From contig NW_024704760.1 in the NCBI RefSeq assembly GCF_018977255.1, forward strand, positions 1,860,001 through 1,924,000: a stretch of 64,000 nt of DNA, read 5' to 3'. The stretch comes from Callorhinchus milii (taxonomy: Eukaryota). Position 1 is the stretch's first letter. Each line of letters begins with the position of its first letter. Below the pieces are notes generated by a model, which ran no database searches, was not told the DNA's origin, and saw nothing but the letters and a program-made list of their open reading frames with translations. Below, piece by piece: positions 46,916 to 60,869 of the stretch. The position numbers and the translations under genes were made by a program.

Positions 46916-47924
46916 TGCTTCGCCAACTCTCAGTACATCTACAGAAACCTAGCATTAAGTACTCACAACCCACCACCAACAAGGACAACACCCTGCATTT
47001 ACGTAGTGCCATTTCACCTCAACTTTAACCAAACCCATGATTACTAAGTCTCCGAAGTTTATGTTAAACCCCCATTGTCTGACCATTCCAAAAGTTTCCT
47101 TACTCCGCACACCTCTGTTTACCTAGCAGTAGGTGGGAACCCGGATGTTAGTCGACTAGTGGATCGCTTTCCGGAGGTAATAATCGCTCCAAAACAAATA
47201 ATAATAATTATTTGGTCACTCAATCCATGACTGTTTGTTGGGACAATGCTGTCCACAATTGGCTGCCACTTTTCGCCCACAAAATCAGTCAGTACGCTTT
47301 ACAGTATGTATAATAATAATCCTTGCATTTGACATAGCGCTTTATCACGTCTTCGAGACGTCTCAAAGCGCTTCACAGGATACACTGCAAAGTGTATTTT
47401 GTGGTAGAAATGTATATCCTGTGAAGCGCTTTGAGACGTCTCAACAATGTGATAAGGCGCTATATCAAACGTAAGGATTACTATTATTAAATGAAGGTCA
47501 ATTGAAAGAGCTTTATTAGGTCCAAGAGCTTTCAATCGGCTCCCTGTTCATCAAACCAATTCCATGTTCACATCCACACAGCTTTTGTGGCGGAAAACGG
47601 CAAGTTTTCCGCCACAAAATGAGGCGTGAGGCCACAAAATGACATGAGGCGTACAGTGGTAACAGGTTATCATTCACACCCATGCTGATAATCCCACCTC
47701 CCACTTTCAAAGCCGCCTTGTTTTGTCTGAGTCCACAAACTGTACGAGAGAAAAATCATGTTCAATTCACACAGAGATTTGTCACTTCGATTCAAGTATT
47801 AAAGGCATGTCCAACAATTACTTAACTCCAGTGTTGTTTGTTTCCCCGTCTCCCTTTCAGGAGAATGTCCTAAAAATAAAACCAGAGCGTTGAATCCCGG
47901 GAAAAATGACGTCTTCCCGTCCCA

Positions 47925-48200
47925 CCATTGGCGGGTCGAGCATTCAGCATTTCTACTCCCACACTTTGGAACTCTATCCCACAATCCCTCCGCCTCACAC
48001 CCTCTCTTGCCTCCTTCAAATCCCGTCTAAAGACCTTCGACCGTGCCTTCGACCACCTTAACCACCCCACCCCACTGCCATTCACCCCTCCTGACCCCAA
48101 CACCCAGTTTGGGTCCAAAAACCCCCTAACTGTCCAGCGCCCTGGGACATCTTTCTGACGTGAAGGGCGCTACACAAGTGCAATTTGTTATTGTTGTTAC
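47925..48200 (+). mobile_element. L2-clade LINE 3' end (similar fragments at 5600-5830 +, 12795-12895 -, 34655-34890 +, 35190-35445 +, 59205-59440 -)
   Basis: Translation GRAFSISTPTLWNSIPQSLRLTPSLASFKSRLKTF is typical of the L2 ORF2 C-terminus, followed by the same tail as the SINEs. Confidence 0.8.
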
Positions 48201-48639
48201 CCGTTGACGTGTGTGTAGAACAACTTAATTTCCCGCGATTCAAGGCGATTCCAACGCATGGTGGCAAATTCTCTCGTCACAGCAAGAGCACTTACCGGCT
48301 ACATTGAATTACGTATGCACAGCGTAGGTCATCGATTAAATCAGACTTTTTACGACTCGGATTCGACGTAAATCATATTAAATGTTATGGACCCGACTGA
48401 TAGATTTATGGGAGTTTTATTGAAGTAATAATAAACTTCTAATTTAAGTGCACTTGCATTTACTTTGGGGCTTTTCACGTGGGGTATCGTGTCTAACACA
48501 GTCATTATTCATAAGCGCCTTCGAACGTCCTCTAGACCTGAAAGGCACTCTATTAATTAAATTAAATTGTAACTGCATTTATTACACAATTGGTCAGTTT
48601 CATGTTTACTAGAAGGCGCAATTGAGGAAATAATGTGAA

Positions 48640-48960
48640 ATAGAGGAAGAAAAACTCAAAACTTTTACAATGAATCCCAAGGGAGGGGAGGGGAAGGGGG
48701 CTGGCCGATGGCATGATCACCAGGTCAAGGGGGTGGCCATGGATGTGGGTGGATTCACACGGATGTGGGTGGATGAGGAGGGAGAGGTTGAGGGAAAAGA
48801 GGAGGGAGAAGTCGGCAGAGATAGAGCCGGAGGGGCTGAAGTGGAGGTTGAAGTAGCCTAAGATAAGGAGGCGTTCAGAGCAGAGGGAGAGGGAAGGTAG
48901 GAGGGTGGAGATGTCCGAGAGGAAGGTGAGAACAGGCTGCAGGTCACAGAAGGAGGCAGA
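48640..48960 (-). mobile_element. L2-like LINE endonuclease fragment
   Basis: LLILGYFNLHF and THIHGHPLDLVI match degenerate APE motifs (GDFN, THxxGxxLD). Confidence 0.7.
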
Positions 48961-49167
48961 TTCCTTAAATAATGGAGATATTTCCAAACAAAAAGCTCAC
49001 CAGAACTGCTCGGTCACCTGAAGTAGCAAAGCATCAAACAGCCTGAATGTCTTTCTTGAGTGCAAGTTGTTGTTGTTGTTGTTGTCGTTGAGGGGGTGGA
49101 AAAAAAACACCATGTTTCACCCTGAAGAGCTCATTGCATTAATTGCATTTGTTGACCAACTGCTCAG

Positions 49168-49222
49168 TTTCCTGTTCAGCAGAAGAGTGTGAAACCAATC
49201 CAATGACGTGAAATACAGGAAG
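49168..49222 (+). promoter_or_regulatory. Candidate core promoter of gene H (ETS, CCAAT and CRE-like motifs)
   Basis: TTTCCTG 49168-49174, CCAAT at 49195 and 49200, TGACGT 49204-49209, CAGGAAG 49216-49222, all within 105 nt of the ATG. Motif match only. Confidence 0.35.
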
Positions 49223-49270
49223 AGACAAATTCAAGGGCTCTACAGTTGATGCTAATTTCCTGGTTAGAAT

Positions 49271-52200
49271 ATGGCACAGAAAATGGGTTTAATCGCTCTG
49301 TTTATTCTAACTTCAGTATCGGGTAAGTCCCATTTAAATGACCCTTTGATTTTCTTAGGCAGGTGTTCACAGTCACACAAACTGAGCTCACACGTGGCCT
49401 GGGGTCACTTTGCTTTGGTCACTTAAAGAACGAGATACACCATCCTGTAAGTCAGTGTGAATATTTCACCATCCACACGCTCACTGGCTGTTTCTTGTTC
49501 TGCTGTTTTATTTTACCCTTTTCTTCCTCGGAATTTCTTCCCACATCAGATACCTCACAGCGTGGGTTTGGGCCATGAAAACAATCATGTCATGGAAACA
49601 AGTTGATTAAAACAAAACTTAGCCACTGTTTCACAGGACGTGGTGAAATGAACAATTGGTTTTAATCACTCTATGGGAAGTAGGAGATGGTCCATTTACA
49701 GAGGAACAGTGGAGGGCTGTAGCTCAGTGGTTAAAGCACTCGCCTCACAAGCGAGAGGACCTGGGTTCGATTCCCGGACGGGGCAAAATGTTTCCTTACT
49801 CCACACACCTCTGTTTACCTTGCAATAAGTAGGAACCCGATTGTTCATCGGGGGCAATAATCTCTTTAAAAAATGTTTTAAATAATAATAATTTGGTCAC
49901 TCAACCCACGATTGTTTGTGGGAAACTGCTGTGCGCAATTGGCTGCCACACTTCCCCCCAAAATACACAGTCAATTCACTTTACAGTATACTCTATGAAG
50001 CACTTTGAGACGTCTCGAAGACATGATAAGGCGCTTATATCAAATGCAAGGATTATTATTATTTAAGCGCTCGGGGATTCTACCCCAAGTGAAGTGCATT
50101 ATATAAATGCAAGTTCTTGTTATTATTATTAGTTTGGTACTAAATAGATTCATAGAATGTTACGGCACAGAAGGAGGCCATTCGGCCCAGCGAGTCTGTG
50201 CGGCTCTTTGACAGAGCAAGTCACTCTCACTAACCCCAATCACCAGCTTTGTCCCCATAACCCTGCAAACCCGTCTGCCCAAGAGACCCGTCCAGTTCTC
50301 TCTTAAAAGCGGTTTATAAAAATACAGACACTGTTTCTGGTACACTTAGTAACTGACTCTCACCGTTGTATCCCTACAGGTTCATGTCAGCTAACAGGAC
50401 CGTCCGAGGTGTCTGGAGTATTGGGAAGTTCAGTCACTGTCACCTGTAACTATAGTCAGGATTACAGGGATAATGAAAAATACTGGTGTAAACCTATTAC
50501 TTTAATTTATTGCTCTACTCTGATTTCTACTGGTGATCCTCCAAGAGGAAGACTGTCAATCAGTGATAACAAGACGCGTGGAATGTTTTCAGTAACTATA
50601 CGTGATCTAACGAGGAGCGATGAAGGAGTGTACCGGTGTGGTGTACACACTCGACTCCTGAAATTCAATTTAAGGTTTGATGTCGAATTACGGATTGCTG
50701 AAGGTAAGATGTCAATTGCCATTTTTATTCTAGTTTGATAATGAGAGTAGATCTCAGGTTATTCCTAACAGTTGGCGAGATGTGGGACAAATGCAACGCT
50801 AAGATTATGAAGTATAAAAACAGAGAAGTCGCTGGGAACATTCAGTATCTATATCTCCATAGATATTCCCAGCGATTTCTGTTTTTAATTCAGATTTCCA
50901 GCATTTGCAATGTTTCACCTGTTGTCTAAGGTTATTAATGTGCAAATCTGTAGCTGTGGAATCTGATTCTCTGAATTTGTAACTTGGTTCAAAATTTCCA
51001 CAGATGATTCCTAACCCCAACCCTTTGCTCAGCCAAGAAATGTAACATCGAACACATACTGAGTGAAATTGATCTTTAAAGCAATGAGACCAATACCTTT
51101 AGCTCACAAAGAGGATTTTTTTTACAATAAGAACATTACACAGCACGTTTTCTTCAGTGTTGACGTTTACGTTTTTTTAAAAAAAAACAGCATTATGAAT
51201 TGAATTTGATATTACTTAGTATCTGCTTCTCAGTCAGCCATGGTTAATTCACAGATCAGTGACTATCCGAGACCTATTCACTTAACATAAAACACAGCAA
51301 GACATTTCTTCTGAAGAACATGGTACAATTTACTCAATCACAGACTCTACCCAATAAGTACTGTAGAACTTACAAGAGTTTGACAAACTGTGGACGCTCT
51401 GAAATGTTACGTTAAGAGAGTAGCAAACCCCTGACTGTCCAACGCCTTGTGACGTCCTCCTGACATGAAAAGCTCTCTATAAATGTCATTTGTTGTTGTA
51501 AATGTAATCTGGAGCCACATGGAATTCTATCCCACTAACATACACAAGATGTTTAACATATAAACTGTTCACTCTGCTGATGTCCTCCATTTTTTCAATG
51601 GTCCCCAGCACCAGGAGCAAAGACAACGTTGGGTCCAACTACCAGGACATCAACACGTCCAGCGACCAAGTTACCAACACGTCCAACCAGCAAGTTACCA
51701 ACGCGTCCAACTAACAGGGAATCCACAAGTACCACTGTTTCCAATACCGCAGCTCCTGGGTAAGACCGTGGTAACATCCTACTATACCTCTGCTGCAATC
51801 TCTCCATTGCTATAATGTCCTTTCTGGAGCAATGCTGACCAGAACTGCACACAGTTCTCCAAATGTGGTCTAACCAAAGTTTTATACGAATTCATCACTA
51901 TGGCTAATGATTCCTTTTGTATTCGATTACTCTGGCCATAAACCAAGTACTATTTTTATTCTTTATAAAAAGCCTTGTTAATTTGCATAGCCTTGTTTAT
52001 TTGGTTTTTTTTCACAGCGACTTCATTTGGAGCCTCGTGAACTGAAACCTTCGATCTCTTTTCCCCGATACTCACCTTAGATTATTGCACCGCAGGGCTT
52101 TTGTGATCTTCCTTATTCCTCTTACCAAAAGGATCATTTCTTCATGTTAAATTTCATCTGCCCATTCTGCAAGCTTGTTTATATCTTCCCGCATTCTTTT

Positions 52201-54092
52201 GCTATCCTCTTTATTATTCCCCATCCCCCAGCCCTCCCACCACTCCCGTTTGATGTTATCTGCAAATTGACAAGTTCTGCAATCATTTTCCAAGGAAAAT
52301 AACACTGATGTCAATGACTCTTTTTAGGCAATTCTATAATGCACAAATTCTAAATGACAAATTCAGGCTGACATTGCACGCAGCATCGTAAACGAATACA
52401 AAAAAAAAAATTAACTGACTGGTCTCAATCGTAGCTCGAATAGAAAGCACTTTGTTAATAGTAATCAAATGAATAAATAATTTGGTCACTCAATCCACGA
52501 CTGTACGTGGGACACCGCTAGTACGCAATTGGCTGCCGTGTTTCGCCCACAAAATATACAGTCAAATGCTGTACTTGTATTTTTCCAGGAATGCTATGAG
52601 TTCCATTGTCCTTCCAGTGCTTGGAGTCATCGTCTCGCTTCTGTTTGTTGCCATTGCTGTCTTTTGCGTGAAGGCGAGGCAGCGCAAACACGTTGGTGAG
52701 TTCAGGCACAACCAAACCAAAGGAAACGGGCCACTCCGCTTTTAAGCTATTAGATAGAAAAGGCACGGTTTAGGCACGTATCTATTGTGTGCCTAAACAT
52801 TATTATTATTATGCCACGTTGCGCCCACAAAATATACAGTCAATTCACCTTACAGTATATTCTGTGAAGCGCTTTGAGACGTCTCAACAACGTGATAAGG
52901 CGCTATATCGAATGCAAGGATTATTATTAATATTATTATCTAAGAGAGTAGCCATGATGAGATGAAGTGCGCTGTACATTTCCTTGATTATAAGCAAACT
53001 GAGCCACCCCCTCTTGGGGATTTGCACGGTTGGAAACTGGAGAATAGAAGCAAGTATCTACTGCAAACCTCAACTAAAATCAAGTTGTCTCCAGTGAATC
53101 CATTACTTCTCTCCCCCCACCCGCAAAGTAAGCCAACAGGACAACGAGAGGCAGTTCATGTGGTGGACTGCTTACAATTAAGATCGCTTTAAATAACAGT
53201 GCAACACACAGCTGTTCCTGTTGCAGAGGACTTCAGTTTGTGCTGTAACATCTTAATTCGTCAATTACATTCCATCAGATTTGGCAAACTATTAAATGTT
53301 CATACGAACTCACAGAAACCCTTAATCCTCCTCTCCCTTTTTCCCCCCATTTCACGCGCAAGGTATGGTATAAAGACAAGTCAGAAGACAGATCAGGGAT
53401 GCCAGAATTTAAGCAAGTTCAAATTCAATAAGTGTCTCTTCTGAAATGTGGTTTTATATATTTTTTTAAAAGGTATAAATGAGAAAGACAGGATTGCTTT
53501 AGAAAATCAAGCGGGGAACAATCAGGTAAGGAGCAAGCGCCACGTCAGGCCCCCACATGCGCTCTTATGTTTTTCTATTATGTAGAATGCTTTAACTGCT
53601 GTAAAACATTTTAAGACATCTTCTCAACATGGAAGAGCTGACGTGCCCGCAAAATATATGATCCATCCACTTCACAGCATATCCTGTGAAGCGCTTTGAG
53701 ACGTCTCAAAGACGTGATAAGGTGCTATATCAAATGCAAGGAATATTATTATTATTATATTATATCATAGTTGATCTGTACCTCAACAATAGAATGTTTC
53801 AAGAGAAAACTCTGCGCTGGAAGCCAGGTTAATAGTTGAGTATGCTGGTATAGGAAGCAGTGATCGCTTCCTGTTGATAACTTCTGATGTTGCTATTGCT
53901 AATATACTCCATTTATCTTAGCGTTCCAACAATGGAGGAGAATTGACGTACTCACTCGTGCAGTTTGTACCCCCGGCTGATGTGAACAACGTGTATGTTA
54001 ATGTTAAGGAGCTCAACACGCAAGAAGGCAGCCAACCAGCCAGCACAAACCAACCGGTTTCAGAATCCGTCATATATTCTACAGTCGTCTGA
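49271..54092 (+). CDS. Gene H: single-V, mucin-stalk inhibitory receptor (CD300a/f-like architecture)
   Basis: Leader 49271-49322; V 50380-50703; mucin stalk 51609-51759; TM 52589-52695; 53473-53525; last exon 53922-54092 with LTYSLV, NVYVNV, VIYSTV. Confidence 0.85.
51765..52270 (-). mobile_element. CR1-clade LINE reverse-transcriptase C-terminal fragment (also 54180-54475 +)
   Basis: SGQHCSRKDIIAMERLQQRYSRMLP resembles CR1 WSPxxxKDIxxLERVQRRxTRM. Confidence 0.7.
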
Positions 54093-56633
54093 AATAAGGC
54101 ATTTTGTTTGCAAGACCTCCAATGTGTGGGATGAACTTCAGCAATGAGAACCAAATGCCACGTAAGGAATTCTCAAGTAGCCGCAATAATGAGATTTTAA
54201 TGACAATGTCAAAAGAAAAAAGTACCAGAGGGGAGGGGAGAAGAATTTTTTTTAAACCCGAGAGTTGTTACGGTCTGGAATGCACTGCCTGAAAGCAGAT
54301 TCGCCCAAAGGTTTCAAAATGGAATTGGATAGGTACTTAGAAAGGAAAAGTGTGCAGGGCTATGGGGTAAGAACGGGCGGGGGAGTGGGACTAGTCGGTA
54401 GCTGTTTCAAAGAACCGGCACAGGAACGATGGGCCAAATGGCCTCCTTCTGTGCTGTAAGATTCTATGATTCTACGACCTCCCACCCAATGGTTCGTGCA
54501 AAGAATAAGCCTAGTAAGCAGCGGGGAATTAAATTAATTGTGCACCTTCAGTGTCCCTTTGCTCGAAAGACTTTTCTGTTTTTGTGCCGGAAATTAGCAC
54601 GATTCATCAACCAATCTGCTACCAAACTTGCCAAAAAAAAATATCACAAACATATTGCAATAGCAAAGTCTTGCTACTTAAAAGAATCCATATAAATGCA
54701 AGTTGTTGCTCTTGATTTCCGAACTTCGCAGCTTCCCGCCCAATAAAAATGAACATTAATCCATTTTCCAAAACCTGGTGTTTTTAAGGGAATGGTGTTT
54801 GTGAAAATTTCAAGCTTTCGCTATCTCATTGTTTTTTTGAGCTCTGCCTTTCTTCCATTTTTTCTCGTAAATTTATGCTTCCCACATGTCCTTCGTCAAA
54901 AATAAAAGATCCTTTGGCTTTTTTATTACTGCAGTGACTCGACTCTAGACTACTTTGGTTGAATTTCTGTTCCCCATAATTAATTCTTCTTGGTTTGCGA
55001 AAGTTGCCTCTCACCCAGCCTACTTATAATAATCCCTGCATTTCGATAATACTTCCCATTCATTCTACTCCATTTTAGAATTGATCACATATGGTAACTA
55101 TCGTGAAACAGAGCAGTGAAGAAGTTGCGCGATTCCCATCACCAACCTTTGAAACTGAAAGCGCATCAAAGGTGTGACTTTCTCTCTATTCTGTAAGGTT
55201 TCTGTAAATTAAGTGGTTGAGGGAGTCCACTCTATCGCTGGTCTTCAACACTCGGTATGGAAGGTATCGAAGGCTGTACAAGCCATTTGGCTGTTGCGTT
55301 GTTTCCTGAAGAAGATTAAAGAGGAACAAAACTGTTGAGGCTTCAAGGTATTGATTTTTTAGGCTTTGGGGAGATGATCATAGCAGATCTGTTTGAAATC
55401 GAACAGGAAAAAAGCTGAAAAAGAAACACACAGTTTTTGTTGCACATAAACAAACCGTATATTAGACAATTGTTAACTGCTGCCAATGAATGCAAACTTG
55501 ATCTAAAGAAATATGAAGCTCAACCATATAAAATGTCATTTCACTAATGGATTTCTTAGGGGTGATAATAATAATAATAATCCTTGTGTTTGCTATAATG
55601 CCTTATCACGTTGTTGAGACGTCTCAAAGCACTTCTCAGGATATACTGTAAAGTGAATTGACTGTATATCTTGTGGGCAAAATACACATGTAATATGTGA
55701 TGAACCATCCTACAATGGTTTAGAAAGACAATTTCTGAACAAACACCAGGAAGGTTTTTTTTTATACACACAAGATTACATTTGTAAAGTGCTTTTCATG
55801 TCGGGAGGACGTCCCAAGGCGCTGGACAGTGTAAAGCATTTCACAAACACACACACACAGAGGATAATGAATGACTGAAACAAGTTACCAGTAAGAGAGA
55901 GAGAGAGGAACTAGGATGCTGGACTCATTTAAGAAACAGCTCGATGTTTTAAGAGGAAGATGGTAATGTGCTTATTCTGGAGGGATGAGATTGCCCAAAT
56001 CGCCCAATAGCCCTTCTGCCCAACTGAAGCTCCATTGTGAATTTGTGAACCTTTCTGCTGCATTTTACAAAAGGGTTACTAGGGATGAGTGGATACAGTT
56101 ATCAGGAAATATTGGGCTGGCTAGAGATCTCTCTCTCTCTCTTCTGGAGATGAGACTTTCAATTATTATTGAAGAAAATTTAGAAGGCGATGGACAAGCG
56201 CTCCTGACAAAGTCAGTATCACTTTGTGTGACATCTACTCTAACCCTTTAGGCACAAACCTAAAGTGTAAAGAAATGTTTACACTTGTGGATGTTGGAAC
56301 AAGGAGATTTCCAGCGAGATTACTCAATTAGTGGAATCGGACATGGAGATGTCATCCAGTAATGGTGACCGTGCGGGGCACAGAGCAGGGGGCAAGGTGG
56401 GGAGAGGGAGGTGATGGGGGCAGGGAGGGAGGGGGAGAGGGAGAGGGCATTTACAGTGGGAGTTCTAGAGGGTGGGGACAGGGACAGTGTCTGAAAGTTC
56501 GGTTGCCTGGGGTGGGGTGAGGACTGTGGAGCTGGTCCAGGTGTGTGGAGCGAAGGGGGAAGAGCAGGAGGACAGGCTGCAGGTCACAGAGGGAGGCAGA
56601 TTCCTTAAATAATGGAGATATTTTGGTTCGAAA

Positions 56634-56685
56634 ATGGCACAGAAAATGGGTCGAATCGCTCTGTTTATTCTAACTTCAGTATCGG
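56634..56685 (+). pseudogene. Dead copy of the gene H leader exon upstream of gene I (second copy at 62829-62880 upstream of J)
   Basis: MAQKMGRIALFILTSVS vs H MAQKMGLIALFILTSVS; donor GTAAG changed to GGAAG; flanking homology to 48930-49410 with a ~280 bp deletion. Confidence 0.75.
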
Positions 56686-56986
56686 GGAAGCCCCATTTAA
56701 ATGACCCTTTGATTTTATTAGGCAAGCGTTTACAGTCACGCAAACTGCCCTCACATGTAGCCTGGGGTCACTTTGTTCTCTTTCCACAACTGTACACGTA
56801 GACTTCCTCCATTGAACTTCCCTTTAGTTATTGGTTTGAAAACTGAGCTTTTTGGCTTGTGAAGCAACAATTCCTCACTTTGTGTTGCACATTTCCTGAA
56901 ACTTCTGATCAGAAAGCACTTCGACAGTGTATATACATACTGTCGTTTCTCGCGAAGACTGAATGTGGATCTCATCACTGGAAACT

Positions 56987-59900
56987 ATGAAGTTACTGGC
57001 TTTGCTGCTCCTCACTTTTATATCAGGTAAGAACATCCAAACCAAAATGTGCAATAGCTCCACCTTGCTCTCTATACTTGTGCGTTGTGTCCCTTCCAAA
57101 TTAACATCAAGCGGCACCTCAGTGGCTCAGGGCGGAAATATTTTGTCTGCTCTGGCATTAAATTGTGAGACCCGAAGTCACAGGTTTCTGTCCAGGTCTT
57201 TGCTGAGCTGATCTCACTGGAGATGCTCCTGATCATTGCTCACAGGCTCCTTCTAGAAAATGTTCATGTTGGAATTGGGCTGAACTCGGCCTTCCGCCAG
57301 TTAAATGACTGCCAACACTCTCACATGAACACTGAGCTATCAGCTATCCCACAGGTGCTGGCACAGGTGGATGGTTCACTGTAACTGTTCCACAGACTGA
57401 CTGATCAAGGCTTTGTTTATTTGTGTTTATCCAAACTTTTTCATGTTACATTTAATCAACAGGTTCATCAGGACGAATCGAATCAAAAGTGCTAATGGCT
57501 AAGCTGGGAGAAAACATCATTATAAAGTGTCAATACCCGAAAGTAACCAGGAAATCAAGGAATTGTTTGTGTAAACAAACCAAAGATAATTACTGCAATT
57601 ATCTTGTATGTACTGATGGAGATTTCAACACAGTATATGATGAGAGAGCTTCAATGACTGGGAGCAATGATGGTCCAATTTCTGCTGCCGTGAAGACACT
57701 TGAAGAGAAAGACACTGGGATATACTGGTGTGGAAAAGATAATGGTAAAACTATAGAAATTTCAGAGGTTGTGCTGCTGAAAGTGTTCAAAGGTAAGAAT
57801 GCCTTTACATTGACTGATACATTGCAAACCAAATTGTGCTGGAAAGTGCAAACTATACTGTGCTGAGTAGACAGGGTCCAACTTAAACACATCAGCGTTT
57901 ACATCGCACTTTACCCAAAGGACTGTCCGAGTATAAACCTATTTACACTTCAATAGAGCCTGACACAAGATGGTCAGATACTTGTCAACAAACATCGCAT
58001 CAGATTGGACAATGAGTAGAAGCAAAATGTTCTCTCTTTTTAATGTCCTATTTTGTTCACCAACAGGTACAGAGAAACCAATGAAAAGACTGGTCGCTGC
58101 TGAACTGGGAGAGCGAATCTCTGTGACGTGCCAATACAGCAAGAAACTGAGCGATTATAGCAAGTTCTTTTGTAAAGTAATCTCCAATAACGAGTGTACT
58201 CGTATAGCAGATTCTAATGGGGCTGTGAATGAACCGTATAAAAGAAGAGTTTCCATTACTCATAAAGGGAAAAGTCAGGTCATTTCCATTATCTCAGCAA
58301 AGGAGGAAGATGCTGGGGAGTACTGGTGTGGAGCAGCAAGTGGGAATGAAGTAGAGTTCACACAGGTTAAGATACTACAGATCTCTCATGGTAAGAATCA
58401 AGAACATGTAGTACAAGATTATAATAAAAATGTGTTGAAAGTGAGTATTGTTTCCCTGAGGAATGAATATCAGGTGAGAGCTCTAAGAGCTCCAGGACTC
58501 TACCCCATGTGAAGGGCGCTATATAAATGCAAGTTGTTGTTATTGTTGCTACCAAGTGAACCCAGCTTATAACTATCCTGTCCCACTGAAGATTCGGGCA
58601 GTTAATTTTTCCCCCATTTATTTCACATTCTCTTGGGGATGACGAGGGGCTGGTGATTATGAATTATCATCTGTGCTGCTGTATTTACTTTGATGTATCT
58701 CGCAGGATCAACCGCCTCATCGTTCATTGACACAACGTTCACCACAGCTATCACCAGACCTATCAACAGTTTTGCAGGAAGGTAAGATTTAATTATCAGT
58801 GCATCAATCGATCTACATAACTCTGTCTGAAGGCACACCTAAGACAGGTTACTATTAATGAGACACTAATGAGACTATTTAGGCAAACTATTCCCACATA
58901 TAGTTCTGTGAACCAATCACAATTGGGGAGGAATCCAACCTGGTTAAATATTTACTCTATTGTGCAGCATTTTGGAGCAAACATTTGGCAAACGGTTGAA
59001 TTAAGCATCAACTTTGAAGAGGGTTTTTAGTTGAAGTTGGTTAAATTTATGGAAAACTGGATTCAAAATTAAGGCTGCATTTGTGAATTGGCCAAATGCT
59101 GGACTTTCTGAGGTGCTAAGAGTGTAAATCTAGATCCAGGTGGAATCACCATAGCCATTTCTGTGGTGCCAGGAGAGGAACAGGTTAGCAATATGTTTGC
59201 CACAACCACAAATTACATTTGTAAAGCACCTTTCATGTCAGGATGTCCCAAGGCACTGGACAGTCAGTGATTTGATTCCGAGCAGGGGTTGGAATCAGGA
59301 GGGGTGGAGGAAAGTGAGGGTAGGAGTAGGAAGGTGGCCAAAGATGCGATTGAAGAGGAGGGTCTTGTGACAGGCCTTGAAGGAGGCAATGGAAGGGGCG
59401 AAGCAGAGGGACTATGGGATGGAATTCCAGAAGAAGGTGTGTGGGGGAGAGGAGGGATGGTTGTGTGGAACTGATATAGTGATACTTAAATACTTTGAAA
59501 GTGATACTTAATTATCTTTAGCCTCAATGATTAGGTGGATTTTGCTTCAGTTTGGAAGGGATTGCTGGGTAGGTCAAATTGGCCAACTGAAAGGCTGCCC
59601 CTCTCAGCCTCAGCAGAACGGTTGAGCTCAAGTATCTCTCCGTCCATTGCTCTTCCTGACCAGGGGTCTGAGTGCAGTTGAAAACAGGACCTCTAGATTC
59701 AGTCTAATATCTTCAATTAAGAAGGGTCATGTAGTTCATACAAATCCCTGGTCGGGATCCGTAACTGTGAAGCGCTCTGAGATGCCGTCCGGCGGGGAGC
59801 GTTATATAAATCCAAGCTGTTGTTGTTGTTGTTCAACCCTGCCAAGTGCTTCGCTGTACAGAAAGGTCATCGGCCAAAACACAGAACAGTTCATGTTCAT

Positions 59901-60869
59901 AAGAGACATTCCACTTAGGCACTTACATAAGCAAAACTCACTTTACCTACAAATCGTATCTGAAAGCCATAGTTGTACTTTGCTCATTAACACCTTTGTT
60001 CAACTGCAGAGAATGGAATACGTGGGACATCCTCCGCTGGATCTTCTTTGGGGTTCTGGCTCTTTGCCCAGTTTCAGTCCTAATCAGCACACATTTCTCA
60101 AAGAGCCATGGTAAGTTTCCTCTCACAGTAGTTGTAAAATATTATGACGTCAATCCCATCCGAAAAACTTTTCGCCATGTCTGCTTCTGTATTGTTGTGG
60201 GGGGGAAATGGGTTTGAGAACTGAACAATCATTCATTGATCTGTGCTGTCACCTCAGAACAAGCAATCAAATCACTGTGAATTCTGACCAAGCAAATCAT
60301 GGCAATATTTGCTTGGGAAAGATGTCACTGTGTCAGTCAATGCCAAGTTCTCCACGTCAACCACCTTACTCCACGTCTCTGTTTACCTAGCAGTAAGTAG
60401 GAACATGGTTGTTAGTCGCTCGGCGGATCGATCGCTTTTATGGGGATAATAGTGGGTCACTGCTGTGCGCAAATGGCTGCCACGTTTTGTCCATAAAATA
60501 CTGGGCAAAAATACAGTGTATTCTGTGAAGTGCTTTGAGACATCTCAATGACATAAGGCGCTATATCAAATGCAAGGAATATTATTAGCATATAATTATT
60601 AACATTTGTTTAATTCCATCCTCGAGGTAATGATGGCGATGAGGCGCCCATTGGAAATAGCCCTGGTAAAAGGTAATGATTGGGAAATACTTAACATTTT
60701 AATTCTCATATATTTTCTGCATCATGTTTACGGTTCTATTGCCATGATCACAGGCAGACTTCACACTATTGATGGTGATCCGAACTTGGACAATGGACTA
60801 CAGGAACATCCAATGTCACAAGTCAATACATCCCAACAAAGACCTGAATTAAATAACCAGCCATATTGA
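56987..60869 (+). CDS. Gene I: two-V-domain activating-type receptor with Arg in TM
   Basis: Leader 56987-57026 (MKLLALLLLTFIS); V1 57463-57792; V2 58067-58390; S/T stalk 58706-58781; TM 60010-60110 (EWNTWDILRWIFFGVLALCPVSVLIS); probable tail exon 60754-60869 (less certain). Confidence 0.8.
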
